From Candidatus Atabeyarchaeum deiterrae (GTDB lineage Archaea; Asgardarchaeota; Atabeyarchaeia; Atabeyarchaeales; Atabeyarchaeaceae), in contig CP147780.1 of NCBI GenBank assembly GCA_037310415.1, positions 832,001 to 896,000 on the forward strand: a stretch of DNA of 64,000 bases, read 5' to 3'. Shown piece by piece: positions 47,001 to 56,916 of the stretch. How positions within the stretch are numbered: position 1 is the first letter of the stretch; each line of letters begins with the position of its first letter. The position numbers were made by a program, and so were the translations under genes. Under the pieces are notes generated by a model, which saw nothing but the letters and a program-made list of their open reading frames with translations, was not told where the DNA came from and did not search any database.

Positions 47001-47908
47001 TTCTTCTTTACACTCCTAAGCTTAGATAGAGATGATGAGGCATACGTGAACTTGTACAGTTGTCCAGCAGGATCTTTGAATGAATCGAGCATTTTCTGTG
47101 GTTCCATATCTGCTATACCCCCAAAGGTTCCGATGAGTCTTGACCCTTGGTCAACCACGCCATCGGGAGGACCGCTGCATCCCTTGCACGGATGGTTAGC
47201 GGTTGGGCATTGAGCTCCACAGCCAGCCCTTGTTCCAGGACCCATGCAGATATAACCTTGATTCAAAAGGCATTTCTCCATGTCAGGTCTGCCTTCAAAA
47301 TCTCGTTTGAACTCCTTTACATTCTTCTCCTCTTTCTTCCTCTCACATTCGTCGCATATAGTCTTAATCGAGTGTTCAAGGGGCTTTCCAGTGAGGACAC
47401 ACAAGGCAGCATTCGCGATTTCCTCAGAGGTCGGTGGACAACCGGGGAGGCAAACGTCAACTTTGACTAATTGGTCGTTTCGCGGCACAAAATTGGTTAT
47501 CGGCGGCACGTTCTCAGAAGGAATCGTGTCTCTGTTTGAGAGTGTTTCAGCCTTCAAGTATTTCCTTTCTAGAAGTTCTCTCTTGGGGTAAAGATTAGCT
47601 ATGCTCGGTACTCCTCCAAAGCAAGAACATGAGCCCAATGCCACCAGAGCCTTAGCCTTTTCTCTGCATAATTTGAGAAGATGAACATCTTCTTCAGTTC
47701 GACACAGACCCTCAATGAACGCAGCGTCAATCGAACCTTTTGGCATTTTCTCAAGATGATCAAGTTTGAAATCTACAGCCGCAACCCAGTATTGGATGTC
47801 GATGAGGGGCAAGATGTCAAGCAATTTCTCGTGAAGGTCTAGGAGTGACTGATGACAGCCCCAGCAACTTGACAGTTGCATGAAGACAACTTTCTTCTTG
47901 TCGGCCAT
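46997..47908 (-). CDS. mvhG: Group 3c hydrogenase small subunit
   Basis: Motifs SCWGC, GSCSCFGG, PGCPP, ICDEC and CMGP.TRAGC.A.CP...PC.GC.G. Confidence 0.93.
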   Translation of the reverse strand: MADKKKVVFMQLSSCWGCHQSLLDLHEKLLDILPLIDIQYWVAAVDFKLDHLEKMPKGSIDAAFIEGLCRTEEDVHLLKLCREKAKALVALGSCSCFGGVPSIANLYPKRELLERKYLKAETLSNRDTIPSENVPPITNFVPRNDQLVKVDVCLPGCPPTSEEIANAALCVLTGKPLEHSIKTICDECERKKEEKNVKEFKRDFEGRPDMEKCLLNQGYICMGPGTRAGCGAQCPTANHPCKGCSGPPDGVVDQGSRLIGTFGGIADMEPQKMLDSFKDPAGQLYKFTYASSSLSKLRSVKKK

Positions 47909-47910
47909 GT

Positions 47911-48396
47911 TTACTTCACTTCCACGCTATAAAGTTCCTTCTCGTCAAGGCCTTGTTTTCCTTTGCTATCCTTGAGAGGGTTCGGACCGATCTTTTTCAG
48001 AACCTTCACGTAATCCTTGATGACTTCTGCAAGCTTACTTCCCTCACTTGCTGATATCCATTCAAGACGAATACGCTGCGGCTCTAATCCCGCTTGCTCG
48101 ACGAGCTTCCTGAGAAGATGTATTCGCCGTTCTGTCTTGTAATTACCGTTGACATAGTGACAGTCGCCAGGGTGACAACCTGAGACAAGGACTCCGTCAG
48201 CACCCAACTCCAACCCTTTCATCACATACTCTGGGGCAAGGCGACTCGTACACATAACTCTGACAAGTCGCAGGTTAGGTGGGTATTGAATTCTGCTGGT
48301 TCCCGCCATATCGGCACCTGCATAAGTGCACCAGTTGCAGACAAGTCCAAGAATGTATGGCTCAAATTCGTCATTCTTCTCGTTGCTGTGACTCAT
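47911..48396 (-). CDS. mvhD: Hydrogenase [2Fe-2S] subunit D
   Basis: Motifs CNWCTYAGAD, VMCT, GCHPGDCHY and WISASEG. Confidence 0.94.
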   Translation of the reverse strand: MSHSNEKNDEFEPYILGLVCNWCTYAGADMAGTSRIQYPPNLRLVRVMCTSRLAPEYVMKGLELGADGVLVSGCHPGDCHYVNGNYKTERRIHLLRKLVEQAGLEPQRIRLEWISASEGSKLAEVIKDYVKVLKKIGPNPLKDSKGKQGLDEKELYSVEVK

Positions 48397-48420
48397 GAGA
48401 CAATTCCTCCCCTATTTGCT

Positions 48421-50370
48421 CTACCTCTCTGCCAGTAATGCTTCAATTTGGGCAAGGATCTGTGAATCTTTGAAGTGGTTCTGGGTTATCGAGCCACTCG
48501 GGCATGTAGCGACACAGCACCCGCATCCCTTGCACAACACATTGTTTATCTTCGCTTTTCCATCTTCAATTGATATTGCACCAAAGGGACACATTGCTAT
48601 GCATGACAAGCAGCCGCTGCACTTGTCAGTGTTGACGATGCTGTAGAATGGCTCTACCTCAACTTTACCTTTAGACATAAGTGATGCGGCACTTGATGCG
48701 GCTCCTTTTGCCTGCGCGACTGCATCAGGAATGTCTTTCGGTCCCTGTACAACTCCAGCTATAAAGACTCCATCAGTAAGAGTGTCAACTGGTCTGAGCT
48801 TCGGGTGAGCCTCAAGATAGAAACCATCGGTGCTACGTGATATCTTAAGTAGGTGTTGGACTTCCTCCACATCATTTCTTGGCACGAGACCCACACTGAG
48901 GACAACAAGGTCAGCTTCAACTTCAACTGGTCTTCCAAGCTCAGTGCTCTCTGCACGAACAAATAGGTTCTTAGTCTTGGGATCCTCCAAGACCTCAGCT
49001 GCTCTGCCTCGAATATAGTTGACGCCGTACTCCCTTTGAGCGCGCTCATAGAATTCTTCATAGCCTTTGCCGAACGCACGGACATCCATGTAGAGCACAT
49101 AGGTGGCTGTATCTGGATGATGTTCCTTAAGTTGTCTAGCATGTTTCATTGCGTACATGCAGCAAACGCGAGAACAGTACGCATTCTTTCTCACGTTTCT
49201 CGATCCGACGCATTGGATGAAAACTACTCGCTTAGGTACTTTCAAGTCGGAGGGTCTGACAACTTCGCCTCCTGTGGCTCCAAATGCACTAAGCATTCGT
49301 TCTACTTGCATACCGGTCACGACATTGTCAAATGTTCCGTATCCGTATTCTCCCGTAGGATCATAAGGGTCGTAGCCAGTCGCAGCTATGACTGTTCCAA
49401 CCTCAACCTCTTCTTCGGTTGGCTGCTGGTTGAAGTCAATAGCTTCGGGTTCGCACGCCTTAACGCAGAGTTTGCATTTCACACATTTATCCATGTCAAT
49501 AGTGTACTTGTTGGGTACGGCTTGAGGAAAAGCCATGTAGATAGCCTTCCTAGGCTTAAGTCCTAATTCAAATTCGTTGGGAACGTAAACGGGGCACACC
49601 TCTTCGCATTTGCCGCATCCATTACACTTGGATTCAATGACATATCTTGGCTTTTTCTCTATCTTCGCTTTGAAGTTTCCAACATACCCCTCTATGCTTT
49701 TGACTTCTGAATAGGCATGGAGTTTTATGTTTGGATGACGACCTACTTCAGTCATCTTAGGGGTGAGAATGCATGCTGAGCAGTCCATGGTTGGGAAAGT
49801 CTTATCGAGTTGGATCATTCGTCCGCCGATCGTGGTGTTCTTCTCAACTAGGTGAACTTCAAAACCCGCCTCTGCGAGATCCAAGGCAGCCGAGATCCCC
49901 GCTATTCCTCCGCCTATTATCAAGGAACTTCTCTTCACAGGGACTTCGATTACTTGTAGCGGTTCTATCTTTGAGGCTTTGGCTACAGCAGACCGTATGA
50001 GATCCTTTGCTATTTGAAGAGCTTTCTCAGGCTCGTGCATATGGCACCAAGTGTCGTGCTCCCTGATATTGGCTTGTTCAAATAGATAGGGATTAATGCC
50101 TGCACCTTTGATAGCATTTCTAAACGTCGGCTCATGCATCAGTGGGCTGCACGCTGCCACTACTACTCTATTCAGTTTCTGCTCCTTGACGTCATTTTTT
50201 ATCATTTCCTGACCAGGATCGCTACACATGAACCTGTAATCCTTAGCTAGCACAACATTGGGCAATTTCGAAGCATAATCTGCGAGCCCTTTGACGTCAA
50301 CAACGCCAGCGATATTCGTGCCACAGTGGCAAACATAAACTCCTATTCGAAGCTCTGATTCATCTGCCAT
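48421..50370 (-). CDS. hdrA: Heterodisulfide reductase flavoprotein subunit A
   Basis: Motifs CHCGTNI, GGGIAG, DKTFPTMDCSACI, QCVGSR, CSRVCCMYA and PKDIPD; ferredoxin motifs. Confidence 0.96.
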   Translation of the reverse strand: MADESELRIGVYVCHCGTNIAGVVDVKGLADYASKLPNVVLAKDYRFMCSDPGQEMIKNDVKEQKLNRVVVAACSPLMHEPTFRNAIKGAGINPYLFEQANIREHDTWCHMHEPEKALQIAKDLIRSAVAKASKIEPLQVIEVPVKRSSLIIGGGIAGISAALDLAEAGFEVHLVEKNTTIGGRMIQLDKTFPTMDCSACILTPKMTEVGRHPNIKLHAYSEVKSIEGYVGNFKAKIEKKPRYVIESKCNGCGKCEEVCPVYVPNEFELGLKPRKAIYMAFPQAVPNKYTIDMDKCVKCKLCVKACEPEAIDFNQQPTEEEVEVGTVIAATGYDPYDPTGEYGYGTFDNVVTGMQVERMLSAFGATGGEVVRPSDLKVPKRVVFIQCVGSRNVRKNAYCSRVCCMYAMKHARQLKEHHPDTATYVLYMDVRAFGKGYEEFYERAQREYGVNYIRGRAAEVLEDPKTKNLFVRAESTELGRPVEVEADLVVLSVGLVPRNDVEEVQHLLKISRSTDGFYLEAHPKLRPVDTLTDGVFIAGVVQGPKDIPDAVAQAKGAASSAASLMSKGKVEVEPFYSIVNTDKCSGCLSCIAMCPFGAISIEDGKAKINNVLCKGCGCCVATCPSGSITQNHFKDSQILAQIEALLAER

Positions 50371-50622
50371 ACGTACTTACCTTCCAGACTTGTTGTAGTA
50401 AACAAATGAGCCGAGTGATATGATAACGTGTTCATGTTAACCGATATTAATCATTTATATATTTTCGTGCTTAACTTTGATGTTCAAGCAATCCATACAA
50501 TCAGCAGTTCTCGATTCTATCGTTCTGCAGCGTTATCCCTTGTTGTCTGTCTTTGATTGTCGCATAAATAGGTTTTGAAACAGACAACTAGTTTTACGTT
50601 TCATACAGACGAGAGAAACTTA

Positions 50623-51519
50623 TCACTCGTTGGGAAGTAGCAAGAACATTTTGTCAATTAGGTTCTTGGTCTTCACTTTATGTGTTCCCAGTCCTAGCTC
50701 GTCGGAATTCATCCCAAATGCTATTCCAAGCAATTCGGGTAGATATACAACAGGTAGGTTGGAATCTACCTTCTTAGAGCCGCGTAGTTCAATTTGACCG
50801 GTATCGTACTGTAAGAAGCAAGTTGGACAAATAGTGAGCAGGCAATCAGCACCGGAGCGTTTCGCTTTTTCAATTTTCTCGTAAGTGAGATCCAACGACT
50901 CATCTTTATTCATGCTTCTGACCGCTGCCCCGCAGCACAACATTTTTCTCATGTATGGTATGCTACGTGCACCAGTAGCTTCTACTAGATCGTCGAGGAT
51001 GTGTGGTTCTTCCGGGTCGTCAACTTTGAGAATCGAACTCGGTCTCAGAACATGGCAGCCGTAGTGTGTGGCAACGTTTATACCAGTTAGGCTAGTAACA
51101 ACGTTCTCCCTTATCTTCCTGACACCAACTTCCTTGTACAAGACTTCAATCAGGTGCTTGACATCGATACTTCCTTTGAAGCTTCTACCTATCTTCCCGA
51201 GTACGGCATTTACTCTTTCTTTCAGTTTTCCATTATTTTTCAAAGTCTCATTCGCGGTCTTGAGCGTTTCAAAGCAACCATTACATAAAGTGAGTATATT
51301 GCGACCCATATCCTCGGCTATCGATAAGTTTCTCGCTGCCAGGGATAACCATGTGGCATAATCAAGGGACTGGATTGCCTCAGGATCAGGGCAGCAGCTA
51401 GCTTCTTTCATGTCTATTAGCTTAACATCTAGCGCTTCCAGTACTCTTCTCGCTGCAGCCTCTAGATTTGGCAACCGGAGAGGAATCATGCAACCAAGGA
51501 ATAGCGCATATTCTGTCAT
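50623..51519 (-). CDS. hdrB: Heterodisulfide reductase subunit B
   Basis: Motifs FLGC, SCCP, CNGC, HYGCH..RP, CCG and CPTC..QYD. Confidence 0.93.
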   Translation of the reverse strand: MTEYALFLGCMIPLRLPNLEAAARRVLEALDVKLIDMKEASCCPDPEAIQSLDYATWLSLAARNLSIAEDMGRNILTLCNGCFETLKTANETLKNNGKLKERVNAVLGKIGRSFKGSIDVKHLIEVLYKEVGVRKIRENVVTSLTGINVATHYGCHVLRPSSILKVDDPEEPHILDDLVEATGARSIPYMRKMLCCGAAVRSMNKDESLDLTYEKIEKAKRSGADCLLTICPTCFLQYDTGQIELRGSKKVDSNLPVVYLPELLGIAFGMNSDELGLGTHKVKTKNLIDKMFLLLPNE

Positions 51520-52055
51520 CCCTCTGCTCCCCCATTTTCACATTCAGCTACCAGTTTGTCTAATCCCATCGCCTTGATGATCTTTCGTACTTCCTCTACG
51601 TTAGCGGTGGGGGCAGGGGAGAGACCAAGCGACTCCCTTCTCTTGGTTATTGCTGGCATCAGTGGAATTGACCAACCAGTAGAATATATCTGATTCAGCT
51701 CAGCTTTGATGTGCTCTTTAACGTCTCCATTTTGGGTTGCCTTATTCCGTAAGGCTAGTATTACATGTGACGGTTTGACTTGTTGAGGGCATCGTTCCAC
51801 ACAGGCGTGGCAGAGTAGGCATAACCATATGCTGGACGGTGAAATCTTGTCTTCTTTTTTCAGTAGAAATCTTTGCACGATCTTCCTAGGATTGAAGTCA
51901 GCATTTCTCTTGGCTATGGGACACCCACCTGTGCAGATGCCGCACTGATAACAAGGTTTCACCATGTGCTGGGCTTCCGCTTCTAGAGTATCATCTGTAA
52001 CGTCGAAAGGCTTGCTGGGTTTGGGGGTATCAGCGCTTGCTTCTTGTTGTTGCGT
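51516..52055 (-). CDS. hdrC: Heterodisulfide reductase subunit C (probable ACG start; first ATG at 51965)
   Basis: Motifs CYQCGICTGGCP and WLCLLCHACVERCP. Confidence 0.9.
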   Translation of the reverse strand, partial: TQQQEASADTPKPSKPFDVTDDTLEAEAQHMVKPCYQCGICTGGCPIAKRNADFNPRKIVQRFLLKKEDKISPSSIWLCLLCHACVERCPQQVKPSHVILALRNKATQNGDVKEHIKAELNQIYSTGWSIPLMPAITKRRESLGLSPAPTANVEEVRKIIKAMGLDKLVAECENGGAEG

Positions 52056-52091
52056 ATATCTCTGCCTCCGTTCGCTGCGGCGCGCGTTAGC

Positions 52092-52862
52092 TCAATTTAG
52101 CAGTGGCTCTTCTAATAGTATCTTTCTAACTGCTTGAAATGCTTTTGAGTTTTCAGGTAGCTCAAGCAATGAACGTCCTTCCATATTGTATTTTGCCACC
52201 AACTCATCGCTAGGTACAATTCCACCGTAGTCAGCTCCTATCTCTTCAGCTTTTTTTCTAATCATGTCCCCAAGTTCCTCTGGCAGACGATTACCCAGAA
52301 GAACCATTCTCTCAATCTTATTTCCCTCAATCTTCTCGGTAAACTTCTTTATCCTTGCGGCGGTTTCTAGACCCATACGTGATGAATCAGTAAGAACATA
52401 CATCAGATCAACGCTACGAGAAGTCCTCCTTGTTATGTGTTCAAGTCCAGCTGGGAGATCCATGATTACCAAGCGGTAGTTCTTTGCAAGTGTATCAACT
52501 ATATTGGCCAGCATAACATTGGGCATGCAGAAGCATCCCTCTTTCTCCACTGCTCCCATCACAAGGAGATCAAACTGTTCTCCTTCGTGAAGTAAGCCGA
52601 ATATTTTTGTCTCAAGGAATGCGTCCTTGTTGAAGTCTTTGGGTAGACTATCAATCTTATCCTTCATATCATGGACAGCCATAGCTACCGTTCCCTTAAC
52701 GTCGACATTGAGAACTTCACGCATATTGGCATCAGGATCGGCATCAACAACCAGGATTCTGTCCAATCCATTAGACAGGAATGATTTCAATACTAGGGCC
52801 ATAAATGATGTTTTGCCCACGCCGCCTTTGCCGGATGAAGCAATAGTAATGCCATCTTTCAA
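52092..52862 (-). CDS. cooC: CooC/AcsF-type nickel-insertion ATPase
   Basis: Motifs GKGGVGKT, VDADPD.N, EGCFC and D..AGLEH..R. Confidence 0.88.
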   Translation of the reverse strand: MKDGITIASSGKGGVGKTSFMALVLKSFLSNGLDRILVVDADPDANMREVLNVDVKGTVAMAVHDMKDKIDSLPKDFNKDAFLETKIFGLLHEGEQFDLLVMGAVEKEGCFCMPNVMLANIVDTLAKNYRLVIMDLPAGLEHITRRTSRSVDLMYVLTDSSRMGLETAARIKKFTEKIEGNKIERMVLLGNRLPEELGDMIRKKAEEIGADYGGIVPSDELVAKYNMEGRSLLELPENSKAFQAVRKILLEEPLLN

Positions 52863-53210
52863 TCAACTCACCAGTCAAATGACCGTCTTTAGGCATGATT
52901 AGTCGATGAAATGACTTAGCGAGATGGATTCTTTTAAACATAATCCTTACTCGAAGAGCGCATACACCTCAGCATATTGCCATGTCATTATCATCAAGAG
53001 TTCGTCGACTGGATTAGAGTCTGGCAAGTAACTTTGTTAACTACCACGGCTCAATACTAATTCCATTTGCCTGCACGAAGCACCATTCGTTTTTTTGAAT
53101 AGGTCTGCTACAACATAAAGACTCATTAATGAATCCTTAATCTTATAACATCTGAGAGTCAAAACTCAGTAGCTCCTTGTTATAACGGCAAAGCTAGAGA
53201 TGTTGACAAG

Positions 53211-54512
53211 GTGAATCGTTTCTTGAAAGCAGTAATAATGGCTGCTGGCGAAGGCGTTAGATTACAACCGCTGAGTCTTACCAGACCCAAAGTGATGTTG
53301 CCTGTTGCAGGTAAGCCAATCCTGCAGATTATCGTTGAGTCGCTAAAAGAATCTGGAATTGACGACATCTGTATGATAGTTGGTTATCTTCAGGAGAAGA
53401 TAAGTGCCTTTTTTGGCAATGGTTCTCAACTTGGAGTTAGAATTGAATATATTGAGCAGAAGAAAGCTCGTGGCACCGCAGATGCAGTGTCTTTGACGGA
53501 GGATTTCGTTGATGGTGAAGACTTCTTGCTGTCTAACGGAGACGTTCTCATCAAGTGTAATGAGTATGGAAAGCTACTTGAGCGTCACAAGAAAGAATCC
53601 GCTGATGTTACAATGGCTGTATTTCAGGTGAATGATCCGACGCAGTTCGGAATAGCTGAGGTTACAGGCGACGGCGAAGTCACGAGGATCATTGAAAAAC
53701 CAGCTCCAGATCAAACAACGAGCAGTCTGGCAAATTGTGGTGTCTATGTCCTCTCGAGCAGAATGTTCGACGCGATAAGGAAGACAGAAAAATCGACGAG
53801 AGGAGAATACGAGATAACAGAGTCAATACAGTACCTTATAGATCAAAGAAGTGGAAGAGTAACTGCACACAGAATCAGTGATTGGTGGTTGCACATAGGC
53901 AAACCATGGGATCTGCTAGAAGCAAATGAGTTACTGGTCAAAGAGCAGAGCGGTGAATACCATCTTGAGGGAAAAACCGAGAACTTCGTGACCATAAAAC
54001 CACCAGTAGGGCTTGGCAAAGACTCCATTCTCCGGGCAGGAACATACATAGAGGGACCTGTAATCATAGGACAGAATTGCGACATCGGACCCAACGTCTT
54101 CATTCGACCTTTTACATCAATAGGAAACAAGTGTCGCATAGGAAACGCATGCGAAATAAAAAACAGCATAATCATGAATAACAGTCGGATCCCCCACCTG
54201 TCGTATGTTGGAGACAGCATAATTGGCGAGAACGTGAATTTGGGGGCGGGCACGATAACTGCAAATCTCCGACTCGATGAAAAGCCTGTATTCGTAACAG
54301 TGAAAGGCCAACGCGTCAACAGCGAAAGAAAAAAGTTGGGCGCCTTAATAGGAGATAACGTCAAAACTGGCATAGGAGTGACAATAATGCCTGGTGTTAC
54401 AGTAGGACCTGACAGTGCAATAGGTGCAAATACCATAGTGGATTTCGATGTTCCAAGAGGTACCTTCGCATACACGAAAAAGGAAGTAGTAAACAGAAAC
54501 TGGGAAACCTGA
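53211..54512 (+). CDS. glmU: Archaeal GlmU-like bifunctional sugar-1-phosphate nucleotidyl/acetyltransferase
   Basis: Motifs AAGEG.RL.PL...RPK, RGEYEIT and HLSYVGDS; hexapeptide repeats. Confidence 0.88.
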   Translation: MNRFLKAVIMAAGEGVRLQPLSLTRPKVMLPVAGKPILQIIVESLKESGIDDICMIVGYLQEKISAFFGNGSQLGVRIEYIEQKKARGTADAVSLTEDFVDGEDFLLSNGDVLIKCNEYGKLLERHKKESADVTMAVFQVNDPTQFGIAEVTGDGEVTRIIEKPAPDQTTSSLANCGVYVLSSRMFDAIRKTEKSTRGEYEITESIQYLIDQRSGRVTAHRISDWWLHIGKPWDLLEANELLVKEQSGEYHLEGKTENFVTIKPPVGLGKDSILRAGTYIEGPVIIGQNCDIGPNVFIRPFTSIGNKCRIGNACEIKNSIIMNNSRIPHLSYVGDSIIGENVNLGAGTITANLRLDEKPVFVTVKGQRVNSERKKLGALIGDNVKTGIGVTIMPGVTVGPDSAIGANTIVDFDVPRGTFAYTKKEVVNRNWET

Positions 54513-54521
54513 GAAAGTGAC

Positions 54522-54966
54522 TCAGATGTAGTCATCAAGCTTGACATTTTCTTCTCCCGGGATTCTTATTCTCTCGAAGTTCTGTTTGGGTTTAGACAGC
54601 GGTATCGTCGCGTCGATTCCTACCTTGGTCGTTGACAAGGTTATCTGGTCAGCTGATGGGTCTAAGCTCGAGCCTCTTGCTACCGAGAATACTATTAGTC
54701 CCTTGTCACCTTGGAGTCTTGTTGCCATGGCATACTCGACATCCGAAGGATCATCCACATTAATGTCATCATCAACAGCTGTGGCTGTCTTTAGGGATGG
54801 ATGAGCTGCAAAAGCAGCTATTATGGCGTTTTTCCCATCGCCTTCGGTCCAGCTTGCTTAGTAGTGCGGCTGCCTCGAACTTGGGTGAAACTTACCTCTT
54901 GATTCGGACTAAATCACTTTCATCAATTGTCTCAAGGAAGCCCCTCAGACTCGAATTGCTCGTCAT
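54522..54966 (-). pseudogene. UbiD-family decarboxylase (anhydromevalonate-phosphate decarboxylase-like) with internal deletion
   Basis: N-terminus MTSNSSLRGFLET...IKR*VSPKFEAAA is joined out of frame to C-terminal EGDGKNAIIAAFAAHPSLK...DVEYAMATR...GSSLDPS...KVGIDAT. Confidence 0.85.
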
Positions 54967-55085
54967 TTAACATCAACTGCCATCTAACCCGTTGATAGAT
55001 TAATCATATCACACAATCCAATATTATTGTTGGAGCCAATAACCTTCTTCGAACATGGTTATTTAGTGACTCCTATGTATAATAA

Positions 55086-56297
55086 TTGACGGGGACGAGA
55101 GACCTTTTGCATTTGACGACAATCGAGGAGAAGATGCTTAGAGGGGAGTTCGGACGTGCAGTCGAGAAGTCAATGCAACTTCTCATAGTTTTGGGCGAAG
55201 CCTTCGGAGCCGAGGCGCTAATTCCAGTTGACAGTGTTCAGATCTCAGGGGTATCTTATCAGAACATTGGTGACGCTGGACTGGAGTACCTTGAAGACCT
55301 AGCTAGAATCGGAGGCAAAGTCTCTGTCAACTCCACTCTTAACCCTGCAGGCATAGATATCTTGAATTGGAAGGAAATGAAGGTCCCAGGGGATTTCGCT
55401 GAGAAGCAAACTAAGATTCTCGAAGCATATGAGTCGATAGGAGCAACTCCAAGTTGCACATGCACGCCTTACATTGCCGGTAACCTTCCAAGATGTGGTC
55501 AGCATATAGCTTGGGCCGAATCGTCTGCTGTTGTATTCGCCAACTCAGTAGTGGGAGCGTACACGAATAGAGAAGGAGGGCCTTCAGCTCTCGCATCAGC
55601 TATAACTGGAAGAACTCCCTTCTTCGGGTATCACTTAGAGGATGAACGCCAGCCAACCCATTTAATCAGTATTGAAACCCAGCTTGACACGACCACTGAT
55701 TACAGTAAGTTGGGATACTATGTGGGGAAACGGATAGGTCGAGGCGTCCCACTCCTTAGGAATCTACATAGTTCTGACTGGGATAATTTGAAAGCCCTCT
55801 CGGCAGGTCTAGCTACCTCAGGCGGAATAGCCATGTTCCTGCCATTCCAACCAAACAGGCATAGTAAAATGGAGAAGCACCTAGAAAAGATTGCGGTTGA
55901 CAGCAAGGAACTAGATTCATCGGTTGGTATGTTTTCAAAGGACGATAGTGAGGCAGAGCTAGTTTGCGTAGGGTGCCCACACTTCAGCCCAATGGAACTG
56001 AATAATCTTAGTAAAGCGATCGAAGGAAGGAAAGTAAAGGATGGAATCGACTTTTGGGTATGCACGTCCGGTTACGTTGCACGGGAAGTAATCAGCCATG
56101 ACATTGTAAAGCAACTTTCAAGAGCTGGTGTCAGAATCGTTTCAGACACGTGCTTCGTGGCTTCTCCTTTGAAAGAAATGGGTTACAGAAACATTGTAAC
56201 AAATTCATGCAAAGGAGCCCACTACTTGTCTTCGTCGTTCAACGTTGGACTCAGAACCCTGAGTGAAATCGTAAGAACCTTCACAGACACCTGCTGA
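55086..56297 (+). CDS. Aconitase X catalytic subunit (phosphomevalonate dehydratase large subunit-like)
   Basis: Motifs QISGVSY.NIGDAG, TLNPAG, CTCTPY, AWAESSA, NREGGPS, GCPH, DTC and TNS.K. Confidence 0.85.
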   Translation: MTGTRDLLHLTTIEEKMLRGEFGRAVEKSMQLLIVLGEAFGAEALIPVDSVQISGVSYQNIGDAGLEYLEDLARIGGKVSVNSTLNPAGIDILNWKEMKVPGDFAEKQTKILEAYESIGATPSCTCTPYIAGNLPRCGQHIAWAESSAVVFANSVVGAYTNREGGPSALASAITGRTPFFGYHLEDERQPTHLISIETQLDTTTDYSKLGYYVGKRIGRGVPLLRNLHSSDWDNLKALSAGLATSGGIAMFLPFQPNRHSKMEKHLEKIAVDSKELDSSVGMFSKDDSEAELVCVGCPHFSPMELNNLSKAIEGRKVKDGIDFWVCTSGYVAREVISHDIVKQLSRAGVRIVSDTCFVASPLKEMGYRNIVTNSCKGAHYLSSSFNVGLRTLSEIVRTFTDTC

Positions 56298-56726
56298 CTG
56301 TGCTGTTCAGTTCTCCTATGAATTCTCACCAATCCCTTATCACCTACGACTTCAACGTAGTCCCCCGTCCTTATTGCCTGAGTAGGATCCTTGTTAAGTC
56401 TATCCACTAACGGAATCTCTGCAATGACAGCTCCGACCGTTATTATGGTCTCTGCTTCTCTGTTGACTATAGCTACGGGCGCAGTCTTCATCTTCGCCAT
56501 AGGGTAGATGATATAAGAGCCAACGGTCGACCCCTTGCCGTGACGGAACACCAAGACTCTTCCAGCTATGTTTACGCCTTCGAGTTCATGCCCCTTCTCT
56601 ATTATGATTCCTGACTTTGAGTCAACTCCACCCAAGAAAGAGATGGGCTCTCTAGTCACCACGGCGAATCCCTTCCCCGTTTGCCTTGACCAGCCCTCGC
56701 CCCTTCAATGTGACAATGCCACTCAT
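56222..56726 (-). pseudogene. Aconitase X swivel (small) subunit with a +1 frameshift near 56671
   Basis: ATG 56726 gives MSGIVTLKGRGLVK, which is out of frame with VTREPISFLGGVD...GKGSTVGSY. May still be expressed from GTG 56662. Confidence 0.7.
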
Positions 56727-56916
56727 GGACTCAGCCCTCTCAACTCGCAGACTTAATAGCCACACTAAGATGCTTTTATAAGTACATATACAACTTCTAT
56801 TCATTCACGAATAGTAATATCAACCATGTCAGATGGAATGCCTTCCAACCACTCAGCGAATCACTTCCTAATCCTTAGGCCTGGACGCATAGGATGGGCG
56901 GGAGAAGTCTTCTCTT

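Noticed and set aside
47911-50370. Selenocysteine in HdrA or MvhD
   Set aside because: Both ORFs are uninterrupted, with Cys codons at all motif positions.
53843-54547. 234-aa antisense ORF (and similar ones at 1058-1591, 5629-6147 and 49036-49566)
   Set aside because: These are shadow ORFs opposite well-supported genes and show no motifs of their own.
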